A stretch of DNA of 57,635 bases from Candidatus Collierbacteria bacterium (GCA_016219325.1 JACRNH010000010.1:1-57635), one strand, 5' to 3'; counted from the first letter of the stretch, positions 38,444 through 47,616 are shown. Notes: a model not told the origin generated them from the sequence alone. Made by a program: numbers and translations.

Positions 38444-39073
38444 GTGAAAACAGCCGGGGAAATATTAAAAGCGGGCAGGAAAGAAAAAGGCTGGACAATT
38501 TCCGAGTTGTCAAAGCGGACTAAAATTCAGGAAAGATTTATTGAGGCTTTGGAAAATTCCGATCTGGCCAAATTGCCGGCAATGCCTTTTGTCAACGGAT
38601 TCTTAAGGACAATTTCTTCTGAATTGGATTTAAAGCCGGAAGGAATGGTGGCAATTTTCCGGCGGGATTTTGGAGAAGACGATAAAGGAAAAGTCATCCC
38701 TAATTCTTTGGAAAAAAAAGATAAGGGTTTCAGGTGGGCGCCGTCTACTTCAGTTGTGATTGGGGTTTTGGCGATGATATCGGTATTTGGATTTTACCTG
38801 ATAATTCAATTGAAAGGCCTATTGGGGGTGCCGAGCTTGGAAATTTTTCAACCGCAGGAGCAAGCGATAGTCGGCTTGGAAATTGTAGTTGAGGGCCGGA
38901 CTGATCCGACAGCATCGGTTTCGATAAACGGCCAAAAGATTAAGAAAAACCGCAACGGGACTTTTAGCCAAACCATCGGTTTATCGGAAGGTGCCCAGAC
39001 TGTGGCGATCAGCGCCACAGGACAGAATGGGAAAACGACCGAGGCGGTCAGGAATGTGCAGGTGAAGAAATGA
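38444..39073 (+). CDS. RodZ-like HTH-TM protein
   Basis: N-terminal Cro-like HTH (TKI...FIEALE), one TM, Ig-like C-terminus; follows ftsK. Confidence 0.7.
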   Translation: MKTAGEILKAGRKEKGWTISELSKRTKIQERFIEALENSDLAKLPAMPFVNGFLRTISSELDLKPEGMVAIFRRDFGEDDKGKVIPNSLEKKDKGFRWAPSTSVVIGVLAMISVFGFYLIIQLKGLLGVPSLEIFQPQEQAIVGLEIVVEGRTDPTASVSINGQKIKKNRNGTFSQTIGLSEGAQTVAISATGQNGKTTEAVRNVQVKK

Positions 39074-39074
39074 G

Positions 39075-39212
39075 ACGAGTTTTGCGCGCATTAGCTCGTT
39101 GGCGGAAATTTGCTCGTTCGCTGTCACCCACTCGTCAGACTCGGGGTGGCCTCGGGCGGCAGCTAGCTTACTTCGCAAATTTGCCAACTTCGCTAATGAT
39201 TAAGTGCAAAAC
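39075..39212. repeat. Family-B hairpin element
   Basis: Near-identical to the miaA-internal copy 20772..20902. Confidence 0.85.
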
Positions 39213-39218
39213 CAGGAA

Positions 39219-39830
39219 ATGATTGAGATCGAATTGAGGGGACGATTGACGGGGTTGGCGCGGAAAAGAGTTTTAGAATATTGCTGGAAACAGGGAAAAT
39301 TATTAGGGGAGTTTAATCAGATTGCGATTTTTTGCGATACTCAAAACGAGCAATTGGGGAATTTTTATGATCCCAAAGTCAGAATCGCGCTTCAATTGTC
39401 GCATGATGTTCGGAGCCGCGAGAAAACATTGTTTTTAAAGGCAAAAAACGGCCATTGGGCGGATGTGGGACGGGAAGAATTAATTTTAAAACTTGATTTT
39501 GGCGTGCTGAAACAAGCGTATCAGTTATTGGAGACTTTCGGAATTACCAAGGGCTGTCCGCGGTTTTATCACCGGCTGGACTATAAATTCGGCGATATAA
39601 TCTTATCTTTGAAAGACGGCGGATTGGTTCCGGAACATTGGGAGGCGGAAATTTCGGCCACGAAACAAAATGAAAAAGCTGCCCATAAAAAATTGCAAAA
39701 GTTTTTGGAAAAACTTAATTTAATTCCCTGGTCCGAAACGGAATATAAAGATATTGTCAATAAAGTCTACCGCGAAAATCCGGCGGTGGAGTTTGATAAG
39801 ATTGATACGGCCCCAGTTTGGGAGAAATAA
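39219..39830 (+). CDS. CYTH-like domain protein
   Basis: N-terminal MIEIELRG, REE, R..Y and EAE motifs. Confidence 0.5.
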   Translation: MIEIELRGRLTGLARKRVLEYCWKQGKLLGEFNQIAIFCDTQNEQLGNFYDPKVRIALQLSHDVRSREKTLFLKAKNGHWADVGREELILKLDFGVLKQAYQLLETFGITKGCPRFYHRLDYKFGDIILSLKDGGLVPEHWEAEISATKQNEKAAHKKLQKFLEKLNLIPWSETEYKDIVNKVYRENPAVEFDKIDTAPVWEK

Positions 39831-39833
39831 ACT

Positions 39834-40385
39834 TTAACGGAGAAGTTCGTTGACATTGTTTGAAAGATTGTCTATACCGGAAAATTCTTTAATAACAACA
39901 GATTTGATTTTACTTCTCAGTTCCGGTTTAACATGAGGATAGGTCATTTCGGCTTCTCCGCCAATGCTTTCGCAGTCGTCTTCGATTAAAATATCCGGCA
40001 TAATTTTTTCGGCTACATCTTTATAATTCTCGCCCTGTTGCCGGAAATATAAATTATTAGAATCGGGAAAATTATATTTTATTAAAACAGATTTAATCGC
40101 TTCGATTTCCGGTTTAATCCGTCTTGAAGAAAGGTAACAGATTGTTGCCCCCTGTTTTTTCCAACTAGTTAATTTTTTGACAGCATTTCCAACCGGGATA
40201 TAGTTTGAATAATCATGAACAGATTTAGGTTCTACGGGAACGTCGTTTTTTGATTCAAATCGCAATGCCGCTTCTTCTCTTCGTATTCCTTCTATTCTTG
40301 ACTGCTCAACGATTTCTTCCCGGTTTAGGCCTTTAGAAATTTTGAACGTTAAGATAGTCCCTTCGGTGAAAACTAAGATTTTCAT
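39834..40385 (-). CDS. Hypothetical HAD-like protein
   Basis: ILVFTEGT, YLSSR, ILIEDD. Confidence 0.5.
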   Translation of the reverse strand: MKILVFTEGTILTFKISKGLNREEIVEQSRIEGIRREEAALRFESKNDVPVEPKSVHDYSNYIPVGNAVKKLTSWKKQGATICYLSSRRIKPEIEAIKSVLIKYNFPDSNNLYFRQQGENYKDVAEKIMPDILIEDDCESIGGEAEMTYPHVKPELRSKIKSVVIKEFSGIDNLSNNVNELLR

Positions 40386-40442
40386 AAGTTAAATCCTGAT
40401 CAATTTTTCCAGCCAGGGAATATTATCATTTTTTCGTTTCCA

Positions 40443-41357
40443 TCACAGGTCTTCCCAGATATAATGAACCGCAAGTTGTTTATATTTTCCGAATCGCTCA
40501 AAATATTTCAATAATTTTTCTACCGTAACAGGATTTTCAGGGTCTTTATTGAAGAAAAGCTTAGAGTAAATTTTTTGTTCCCAGGGAGAAATGTGGTTAA
40601 AGAAATCCCAATGATGAAATACGTCAAATAAAAGATACCAAACTGTCGCCGGACCGACTCCGTATAACTTCAACAATTCTTCCATCTGCGTTTTTTGGTC
40701 TTTTGTTCTCAATTGTTGTTCATTGATCGCGCTAGAGTAAAAATAGTCATCAATTCTTTTTATAAACTTCGCTCGATAGCCAATTTTAAGTAACCGTAAT
40801 TCTTCTTCTAAAACATTATGGAGCGCGCCGGGTTTCCAGAAACACCAGAGAATTTTGCCGTCAAACTCGAGTTTGGTGCCGTATTTTTCTATTAGATTTT
40901 TGAACATTTGGATTGAACGGCGAACCGTCGCATTCTGGAGAACAACGCCGATAATTAAATATTCATAAAGTGAGCCGGGATGGCCCGGACGCATACCGTT
41001 CCATTTTTTAATAATCGGGCCAAGAATTTTATCTTTTTCGAATTGGCGATAAAAAGGATCTAGGTCTATATCAAGGTTATAGCGATAACGTACTTCGTAA
41101 GTTAAAAAATCAAGGGTTTTTTGAGAAAGTTTTGCGTTTGAATATATATGAAGCGTTATCGAAGGATTGTTTGCGTTGCTTTCATTAACAAATTTGAGCC
41201 CCAGCGGTTTTCCTTCGCATAGCCATGTTTGCCAGCGGATCCCAGGTTGCCACTCGTTGTCTTCGGTCGCAAAGTGGTCCGGTTTATGGAATGTCGGATC
41301 GAACGCGAACGACGCAGTCGGATGAAGCAGTATTTGCTGGTGAATAGAAAGCTTCAT
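40443..41357 (-). CDS. HhH-GPD DNA glycosylase (AlkA/Ogg-like); possibly shortened by a TGA
   Basis: GYRAK, LLKLYGVGP HhH; the frame continues past TGA as WKRKNDNIPWLEKLIRI* to 40389. Confidence 0.7.
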   Translation of the reverse strand: MKLSIHQQILLHPTASFAFDPTFHKPDHFATEDNEWQPGIRWQTWLCEGKPLGLKFVNESNANNPSITLHIYSNAKLSQKTLDFLTYEVRYRYNLDIDLDPFYRQFEKDKILGPIIKKWNGMRPGHPGSLYEYLIIGVVLQNATVRRSIQMFKNLIEKYGTKLEFDGKILWCFWKPGALHNVLEEELRLLKIGYRAKFIKRIDDYFYSSAINEQQLRTKDQKTQMEELLKLYGVGPATVWYLLFDVFHHWDFFNHISPWEQKIYSKLFFNKDPENPVTVEKLLKYFERFGKYKQLAVHYIWEDL

Positions 41358-41368
41358 GAGAGGATGAA

Positions 41369-41396
41369 TACTTCAATTATTTAAATAATTGAAGTA
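41369..41396. repeat. 28-bp perfect palindrome with core ACTTCAATTATTTAAATAATTGAAGT (second copy 43559..43586)
   Basis: Read directly; both copies lie upstream of minus-strand genes. Confidence 0.85.
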
Positions 41397-41791
41397 AATT
41401 GATTCTTAATATTGTAGCAAGTCATTTTCTTAAATAACATACTGTAATATACAGTAACAAGAAGAAACATCTGCGAAAATCAGGCGGTGGAGTTTCCTAA
41501 AATTGAAGTAACCCAAATCATTTTGGTCTCGAATATAAAATGTAGTACAACATTTTATATTAAGCCAAAGAAAGTATTTGGGGCGTGACACTTCTTCTTT
41601 AAAGTAGAATTCAGGAATTTGAAAACTTCCTCGGGACGGTCTATTTCTGCTTGTTTCAGGAAGTTCTCGGGCATATTCACAAAACTGGAAGATGCCGATC
41701 TAGGTGGTCCACTTTTAACTTTTTACGCTTAATACTGCTAGGTATTCATGCGCTTTAGCCAATGGATGCTCCGAGCTAAAAAGCCGTTCGT

Positions 41792-42445
41792 CTAATTCGT
41801 TTGCTCAAGAAGTAACAATAAATCGGCAGGACTATAGCAACGAATATCCTGTTTTAACACTTCCTCTGGATGATTGGAATCCCACCAAATATCAATAAAA
41901 CGATTATGGATAGGGTCAAAATCGATTTTTTGATTAACCGAGTAATTGTAGCCAAGTTCTGGTTCGGGATCCTTATGCTCTTCGTCTCCAGTCCACTTTG
42001 TCCAAACATAGGGATTCGCAATATCAATAAGGGCTTTACCGCTAGGTTTAAGCCACTCATTACTAATTCTCTCTAGTAATTTTCGCTGGTTACTGTCTGT
42101 GCCGATTCCAAATCCATTCCAATAAACAACTGCATCAAATTTGTCATCCAGCTTAACTTGATAAAAATCCTCTTTATGGAAAATAAGATTATTTGGATAT
42201 TCCTCTTTGTATTTACCCGAGAAATCAATTCTGTCACTAATCTCTACTCCTGTTACTTTTAGGCCATCACCTGCACACACCACTGCCGTATTCCCGTAAC
42301 TTGAGCCAAGCTCTAAAATATTTTTAGCATTTGGAACCAACCTTTTAATCGTCTTGGCTCTTTTGTGATCCTTGTCAGTAATACCAACTTCTGCGGGTCC
42401 CCACCATTTTCCTGTCTTTGAATAAAAATCCTTTGCCCACTTCAT
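41792..42445 (-). CDS. Class I SAM-dependent methyltransferase, C-terminus probably disrupted
   Basis: ILELGSSYG, VTGVEIS, EDFY, FDAVVYW, LKPSG; a plausible tail (HPLAKAHEYLAVL) lies in another frame downstream. Confidence 0.7.
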   Translation of the reverse strand: MKWAKDFYSKTGKWWGPAEVGITDKDHKRAKTIKRLVPNAKNILELGSSYGNTAVVCAGDGLKVTGVEISDRIDFSGKYKEEYPNNLIFHKEDFYQVKLDDKFDAVVYWNGFGIGTDSNQRKLLERISNEWLKPSGKALIDIANPYVWTKWTGDEEHKDPEPELGYNYSVNQKIDFDPIHNRFIDIWWDSNHPEEVLKQDIRCYSPADLLLLLEQTN

Positions 42446-42494
42446 CCTTTTTTATTGTACTACTCCTATCCTATCCGGTCCGGTTATGTATTAC

Positions 42495-42582
42495 CAAAGT
42501 GATTCGGTTTACGGAATGTCGGATCAAACGCGAACGACGCAGTCGGATGAAGCAGTATTTGCTGATGAATAAAGAGTTTCAT
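42495..42582 (-). pseudogene. Orphan 88-bp 5' stub of the glycosylase gene 40443..41357
   Basis: 80/88 identical to 41270..41357 by hand alignment (MKLFIHQQILLHPTASFAFDPTFRKPNHF). Confidence 0.9.
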
Positions 42583-42690
42583 ATTTATTCTATTTAAATA
42601 GATTTCCGCTTTCGCGGGAATGATACACGGGGATTGGAATGACATGGAAGTAATTATATTAGAACTGTGGAACTCGTGTCGCATAGATTG

Positions 42691-43494
42691 TCACGTCGTC
42701 CGCGACCCTATGGTCGGGGCTCCTCGCAATGACAAATATTTGTAACGGTAAAGAGAGATCCATTGATCGGGCGATAAACGCTTTGATTTGGAGTTGAGGT
42801 TAATTTTTAATTGTTGGGAAAGATTATTTATTTGATCCGGATTGAATTCTTGCCGCAGATTTTGACGCATCCGCCTGCCGCCGCCAAAAATATTGGTGAC
42901 AAATTTTTGAAACCGCGGTTTTTCCGATTCCGGAAGAAGCGGATTGGTTCGTTTATAAAACCTTAACATCGCGCTTTCAACTTGCGGTTTCGGAATGAAA
43001 TCTATCCGCTGAAACCGGTGGAAAATTTCAAAATCAAACCAAGGTTTGTGGGTTATCGCGAAAAGTCCGTTATTGAAAATTCCCGCCAGCCTTTTTGCCA
43101 ATTCTTCTCTCATAACCAGATAACAATCTTCTGGTGGATTTGGAGCGTCAATAAGTTTGCGGATGATTTTTCCTTCAATCGAAAACGGGATATTGGCAAA
43201 GACTTTATATGGTTCGTTTGGTAACTTAAACGATAGAAAGTCGGCGCAAATTAGATCCAGATTTGAATAACTGCAGAATTGCTGTTTTAACTGTGAATAA
43301 AGGGTCGGATCGCGCTCAATGGCAATAACTGTTTTTGCCGATTGAAGAAGAATTTTCGTGATAATTCCTTTTCCCGGACCGATTTCAATCACCGTGTCAT
43401 TTTTACCAATAGAAGACTTGCCGATTAGCCTTTTAACCAGCTCCGGAGAATGAAGAAAAACCTGCGATAGTTGCTCCCGCCGCAGTTTGAACAC
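42691..43494 (-). CDS. Erm-like rRNA adenine N6-methyltransferase
   Basis: SQ.FL, VIEIGPGKG.IT, ANIPF, F.PKP.V+S; more Erm-like than KsgA-like. The C-terminal SLRGAPTIGSRTT comes from a GTCATTGCGAG-type REP (42685..42734). Confidence 0.75.
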   Translation of the reverse strand: MFKLRREQLSQVFLHSPELVKRLIGKSSIGKNDTVIEIGPGKGIITKILLQSAKTVIAIERDPTLYSQLKQQFCSYSNLDLICADFLSFKLPNEPYKVFANIPFSIEGKIIRKLIDAPNPPEDCYLVMREELAKRLAGIFNNGLFAITHKPWFDFEIFHRFQRIDFIPKPQVESAMLRFYKRTNPLLPESEKPRFQKFVTNIFGGGRRMRQNLRQEFNPDQINNLSQQLKINLNSKSKRLSPDQWISLYRYKYLSLRGAPTIGSRTT

Positions 43495-43516
43495 GGCGGA
43501 ACCTCATGGTCATCAT
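43433..43516 (-). promoter_or_regulatory. Candidate leader peptide MMTMRFRRVQ... (27 aa) overlapping the erm start out of frame
   Basis: Hand translation; contains R-F-R (+X+). A 10-bp stem TTCCGCCGTG/TGCGGCGGGA sequesters the GTG start. Confidence 0.5.
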
Positions 43517-43642
43517 ATGTATATTATCTATAAATCCTTATGTATGTATTATATCAAAAACTTCAATTATTTAAATAATTGAAGTTATTTTAATGCTTCC
43601 AAAATTACTTATATCTTCAATTAATCAATTAATGAAAATATA

Positions 43643-44853
43643 TTAAGAAGTTAATGGATAGCTAGGAATATTGGTCTCTTGCACGTGCCGTTCGTTTATC
43701 CTGAAAATAGTTGAGCCCAATAAAACGATTACGCCCATAAATAAAAATGCGTAGAGAACTGAAAAGCCGGCAATCCAGCCAATAGCCAAACCCATCAGGG
43801 CGATATAAATACTGGAAAACATATTAATTGTTGAAAGGACAGTGGCCCTGACATCGCTCTTTATGTGAATGTTGTAATAGTCCGCAAATAAAGGGTCTTG
43901 CAGGCTCATAAATCCAAAATTGAAAACGAATAAAATGGCGGCGACAACCGGATGAATAAATAGGGCCATAGCAATGTAAAGCAGCCCCGGTAGACTGGTG
44001 GCTAAAAGCATTCCTTTCTCTGCGCCGAATATTTTTTCAATCTTGTAGGCATATTTACTGAACAGGGCGGCGGCTATTCCCCCTGTCCCAATGTCAATCC
44101 CAGCCAATAAGGGGAAATACCGGCGAGCTGAAAATAAGGCGGATGAAAATTCCGCAGATAACCGGCGAATGGAGTGGTAAAAATTCCGAGCAAAATGATT
44201 TTTTTTAGCGATGAATTTTGTTTGATTAGAGAGAAAGATTGAGAAATAATTTCCAGAGGATTTTTTTCAGTGTGTTCGTATTTTATCTTTGGTTCTTTAA
44301 GTAATAAACTAATCAATAAAGATATTCCAACGCTGACGACTGTCAGCAAAATAGCCAACACAATTCTTGTTTGAGTTATTTGGGAAACAATGAAACTACT
44401 GGCTAAAGCCCCTAAAACATGGCCGGCTTGAAAGAAGGACCCGATACTCCCCGCGGCTTTTTTCATCTCCTTTTCCCGTTTTTGCTCCTTTAGGGTATCG
44501 TAAACTAGGGCTTGAGAACAGCCTGATTGAAAGGCAAAGCCGATACCGGCAATGATTGAAATAATAATGAAAAAAAGATAATTTTGGGCGAACAAAAAGA
44601 GTATTTCTCCTATTAACTGGAGAGATAGGGAAATAATAATTGAAAATTTACGACCGATTTTATCCGCGATTAAACCAGTAGGGATCTCTGCTAAAAAAAT
44701 TGTTCCGGTGATAATGCCCCACAGAGAGTTAATTTGAACAAAGTTAAGACTTTTTTGCTGGTAATAAATCGTTAGGATTGGCAGATAAAAATACAGCGAG
44801 GAGAAAAAACTTATCAGGGAGATCTTAGAAACATTGTCAAATTTTTTAAACAC
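43643..44853 (-). pseudogene. MFS transporter split by a 1-nt frameshift near 44085
   Basis: EIPTG.IADKIGRK motif A; ..WLGLTLG joins GGIAAALF in the other frame; RATVLS. Confidence 0.8.
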
Positions 44854-44920
44854 TTGTTTATTTTACCAAGACGCCTGAATATCTGTATAATGGCGGTGTC
44901 GCTGATAATTAAATATTAAA

Positions 44921-45682
44921 ATGTTGGTAACACCGGTTAAAACTTCACTAGTCAGATCAGGGGACGATATATTGGAAATTTTAGCTAAAAGCATAAAGAT
45001 TTTACCGGAAAAGAGCGTAGTAGTGATTGCTTCCAAAATTTTCAGCCTGTGCGAAAACAGAATTGTAAAAAAGATTTCCGGCGCCAAAGAAGAAAAACAT
45101 GAATTAGTTAAACGGGAGGCCGAATATTACCTTGATCCTCATTCTTCAAAATACAATATGATGCTTACCGTCAAGGGCAGTTGGATGTTTGTCAACGCCG
45201 GAATCGACGAATCCAACTCCGAAAATAAATATTCGTTATGGCCTAAAGATCCGCAAAAATCGATTAATAATGTCTGGCGGTTTTTACGCCGTCATTATCA
45301 CCTTAAAAAGGTGGGGGCGATTATGTCCGACAGCAGAAGTTTTCCTCTTAATTGGGGCGTTGTCGGTCATGGGATTGCTCACTGCGGGTTTAAAACTCTT
45401 AAGAGTTACATCGGCAAATCAGATCTTTTTGGCCGGCTGATGAAGATGGAACAGGTTAATATGGTTCAGGGGATAACCGCGGCGGCGGTTTTGGAAATGG
45501 GCGAAGGGGCGGAGCAGACGCCAATCGCTATAGTCACAAATGTTTCGGATATTCTGTTTCAGAATCATGTTCCCTCTAAACAGGGACTTAGCCTTTTACA
45601 TATTAACCTTGAAGATGACGTGTACGCGCCGATTCTTCTTGCCGCAAAATGGAAAAAGGGCGGCGGAGGAAATCATTGTTGA
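44921..45682 (+). CDS. CofE-like gamma-glutamyl ligase (F420-0:Glu ligase / folate-metabolism type)
   Basis: SKI.S..E.R, NAGIDESN, SDS, GK.DLFGR, MGEGAEQTP. Confidence 0.8.
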   Translation: MLVTPVKTSLVRSGDDILEILAKSIKILPEKSVVVIASKIFSLCENRIVKKISGAKEEKHELVKREAEYYLDPHSSKYNMMLTVKGSWMFVNAGIDESNSENKYSLWPKDPQKSINNVWRFLRRHYHLKKVGAIMSDSRSFPLNWGVVGHGIAHCGFKTLKSYIGKSDLFGRLMKMEQVNMVQGITAAAVLEMGEGAEQTPIAIVTNVSDILFQNHVPSKQGLSLLHINLEDDVYAPILLAAKWKKGGGGNHC

Positions 45683-45691
45683 ACTTGGATA

Positions 45692-45726
45692 TTGACAACT
45701 GGTACCAGTAGATGTACGATTAAAAC
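45692..45726 (+). promoter_or_regulatory. TA promoter TTGACA-17-TACGAT-N6-ATG with palindrome ACTGGTACCAGT in the spacer
   Basis: Read directly. Confidence 0.7.
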
Positions 45727-45996
45727 ATGAATCAATTAAATTCAATTTTACCGGCTAGCGAGGCTCGGGCTAATTTATACCAAATTTTGGCGGAAGCCTC
45801 CGACGATTGGAGACAATTTACCGTTAAACTACGAGGGAAAAATGACGTCGTTATCATGTCTGCCGAGGAAGTTGAAGGATGGAAAGAAACCCTGGATATT
45901 GTATCTGATAAGAAACTCATGGCTAAAATTAAACGCGCAGAGAAATCAAAAAGAACTTACTCTCATAAACAGGTAAAGAAAATGTTTGGAATATAA
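45727..45996 (+). CDS. Phd/YefM-family antitoxin
   Basis: ASEARANLY, VVIMS.EE.EG..ETL. Confidence 0.85.
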   Translation: MNQLNSILPASEARANLYQILAEASDDWRQFTVKLRGKNDVVIMSAEEVEGWKETLDIVSDKKLMAKIKRAEKSKRTYSHKQVKKMFGI

Positions 45997-46003
45997 TTCT
46001 TGC

Positions 46004-46252
46004 ATGGATTTGAGGTATAAAGAACAAGCGATCAAAGACTTAAAAAAAATCGGTCCAGCAGAACGAAAAAAAGCGATCAGGAAGCTCGAAAATCTGTCTA
46101 ATTATCCATTTGCCGGAAAGCGCTTGGAGGGGAAATTGGCTCATTTGCGCAGTTTACGAGCGTGGCCGCTAAGAATTTTGTATGATTTTGATAAAGACAA
46201 TAAAATTATCACAATTTATACAATTGATTACCGAGGCCGGGTTTATAAATAA
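46004..46252 (+). CDS. RelE/ParE-family toxin
   Basis: A.KDLKKI, P..GK.L.G.L, SLR...RI+Y, I.YRG.VYK. Confidence 0.85.
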   Translation: MDLRYKEQAIKDLKKIGPAERKKAIRKLENLSNYPFAGKRLEGKLAHLRSLRAWPLRILYDFDKDNKIITIYTIDYRGRVYK

Positions 46253-46313
46253 ACTGATGTTATTTCAACAATTTAGTATATGGCCGATCAATTGACAATG
46301 ATATAATTGGAAT

Positions 46314-46808
46314 ATGTCTGAAGGAGAAACAACATTGGGTAGATTCAACCAAGTGGATTTTCAACCGGAAAAACATCTTGGAATGTGGGCGCAGGCTTCC
46401 GCTGACAATTTGGAGATTTTTAAAAGAAGTCTTAGCGATGTAGAAGTGGACGGTTTTCACTTGATTAATAGAATTTTAATTCTTGATGTGCCAATCGCGG
46501 ATGTAAAAAGTCCTGACTGGGAAATTAAGGCAAAGCCAATTACAGACAAATTACATAAAATCGCAAAGATGATTTCCAGTAAAGGCGAAGTCAAGATAAC
46601 GACTGCGTTGGTCGGGGAGCGTGAAAGGCCAATGATTGCAGAATTTTTTTCTGTCAAGCCAATAAGCGAAACTGATCATGTTTTAATGATGACGTTTGTT
46701 CAATTGGCTAGGGGATTTTTGCCAAAAAACTATAGGCAGATTCCTGTGTATAGCAGCATTGATTCGGGCGCGTTTGCCCCTAGATTTATTGGCGAAGTAG
46801 CGGGCTGA
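46314..46808 (+). CDS. Hypothetical protein
   Basis: 164-aa ORF with leaderless TGaTATAAT-N6-ATG. Confidence 0.5.
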   Translation: MSEGETTLGRFNQVDFQPEKHLGMWAQASADNLEIFKRSLSDVEVDGFHLINRILILDVPIADVKSPDWEIKAKPITDKLHKIAKMISSKGEVKITTALVGERERPMIAEFFSVKPISETDHVLMMTFVQLARGFLPKNYRQIPVYSSIDSGAFAPRFIGEVAG

Positions 46809-46831
46809 TAACTTCTTTACGGAATTTTTTG

Positions 46832-46956
46832 TTGAAGCTTGGGGGTTCATTATGGTACAATCACGGTTGATGTTGGCTTCAAGAATTATTTGAAGCGGAG
46901 TTAGTCACCAGTAACGCGGGCAAAAGCCGCCGCTGGCGGTTTTTTTATTGGAAAAA
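46832..46956 (+). promoter_or_regulatory. rplC operon promoter and structured leader with a terminator-like hairpin
   Basis: TTGAAG-18-TACAAT (TG-extended); hairpin GCTTCAA/TTGAAGC; AAAAGCCGCC-GCT-GGCGG-T7 at 46922..46946. Confidence 0.6.
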
Positions 46957-47616
46957 ATGATAAAAACTTTAATCGGAATAAAATCAGGAATGACTCATAT
47001 GTATGATGAAGCCGGAAAATGGCTGACGGTTACCCGTTTGGCTCTTGGGCCTTGTACTGTTTTACAGTCAAGGAATATGGAAAAGGACGGCTATCGGGCG
47101 GTTCAACTTAGTTTTGGAACCAAACGCAATATTACCAAGCCAATGGCAGGACATTTAAAAAAGAGCGGCACAAACAGAATGCCGCTTTTTATTTCTGAAG
47201 TATCAACGGAAGAAGATACTTTAAACGCCGGAAGCAAAATAACCGCTTCCGACGTTTTTTTAACGGGCGATATGGTAAATGTGGCCGGAGTTACCAGAGG
47301 TAAAGGATTTACCGGAGTGATCAAACGATGGGGATTTCATGGCGGGCCAAAGACTCATGGTCAATCAGACCGCCACCGGGCTCCCGGATCAATTGGTCAG
47401 GGAACAACTCCGGGACGGGTATATAAGGGCAAAAAAATGGCCGGGAGATCAGGGACTGCCGTCAAAACAATCAGAAATCTAAAAGTGCTCAAGGTTTTGA
47501 CTGAACAGAATGAAATTTGGGTGTCAGGGGCTGTTCCCGGTGCCCGCGGCGCTTATGTTGAAGCGACAGTAATTAAGCCAATGCCAAGAGAAAAACAGGA
47601 AGAGGTTAAGTTATGA
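46957..47616 (+). CDS. rplC: 50S ribosomal protein L3
   Basis: KDGY.AVQ, GKGF.G.IKRWGF, HRAPGSIG, RVYKGKKMAG. Confidence 0.97.
   Translation: MIKTLIGIKSGMTHMYDEAGKWLTVTRLALGPCTVLQSRNMEKDGYRAVQLSFGTKRNITKPMAGHLKKSGTNRMPLFISEVSTEEDTLNAGSKITASDVFLTGDMVNVAGVTRGKGFTGVIKRWGFHGGPKTHGQSDRHRAPGSIGQGTTPGRVYKGKKMAGRSGTAVKTIRNLKVLKVLTEQNEIWVSGAVPGARGAYVEATVIKPMPREKQEEVKL

Noticed and set aside
26815-40445. TGA recoded as Trp/Gly (TGA at Trp-like positions 26815 and 40443)
   Set aside because: TGA ends many conserved genes here (rplC, rplD, rplP, rpsQ, rpsE), so single TGG>TGA transitions are the simpler explanation.
41400-41720. Possible gene remnant between the glycosylase and the methyltransferase
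   Set aside because: Hand translation gave no recognisable protein motif.
42495-42582. Targeted hypermutation (all 8 mismatches in the stub are transitions)
   Set aside because: Small sample, both directions occur, and the pattern is compatible with ordinary transition bias between alleles.
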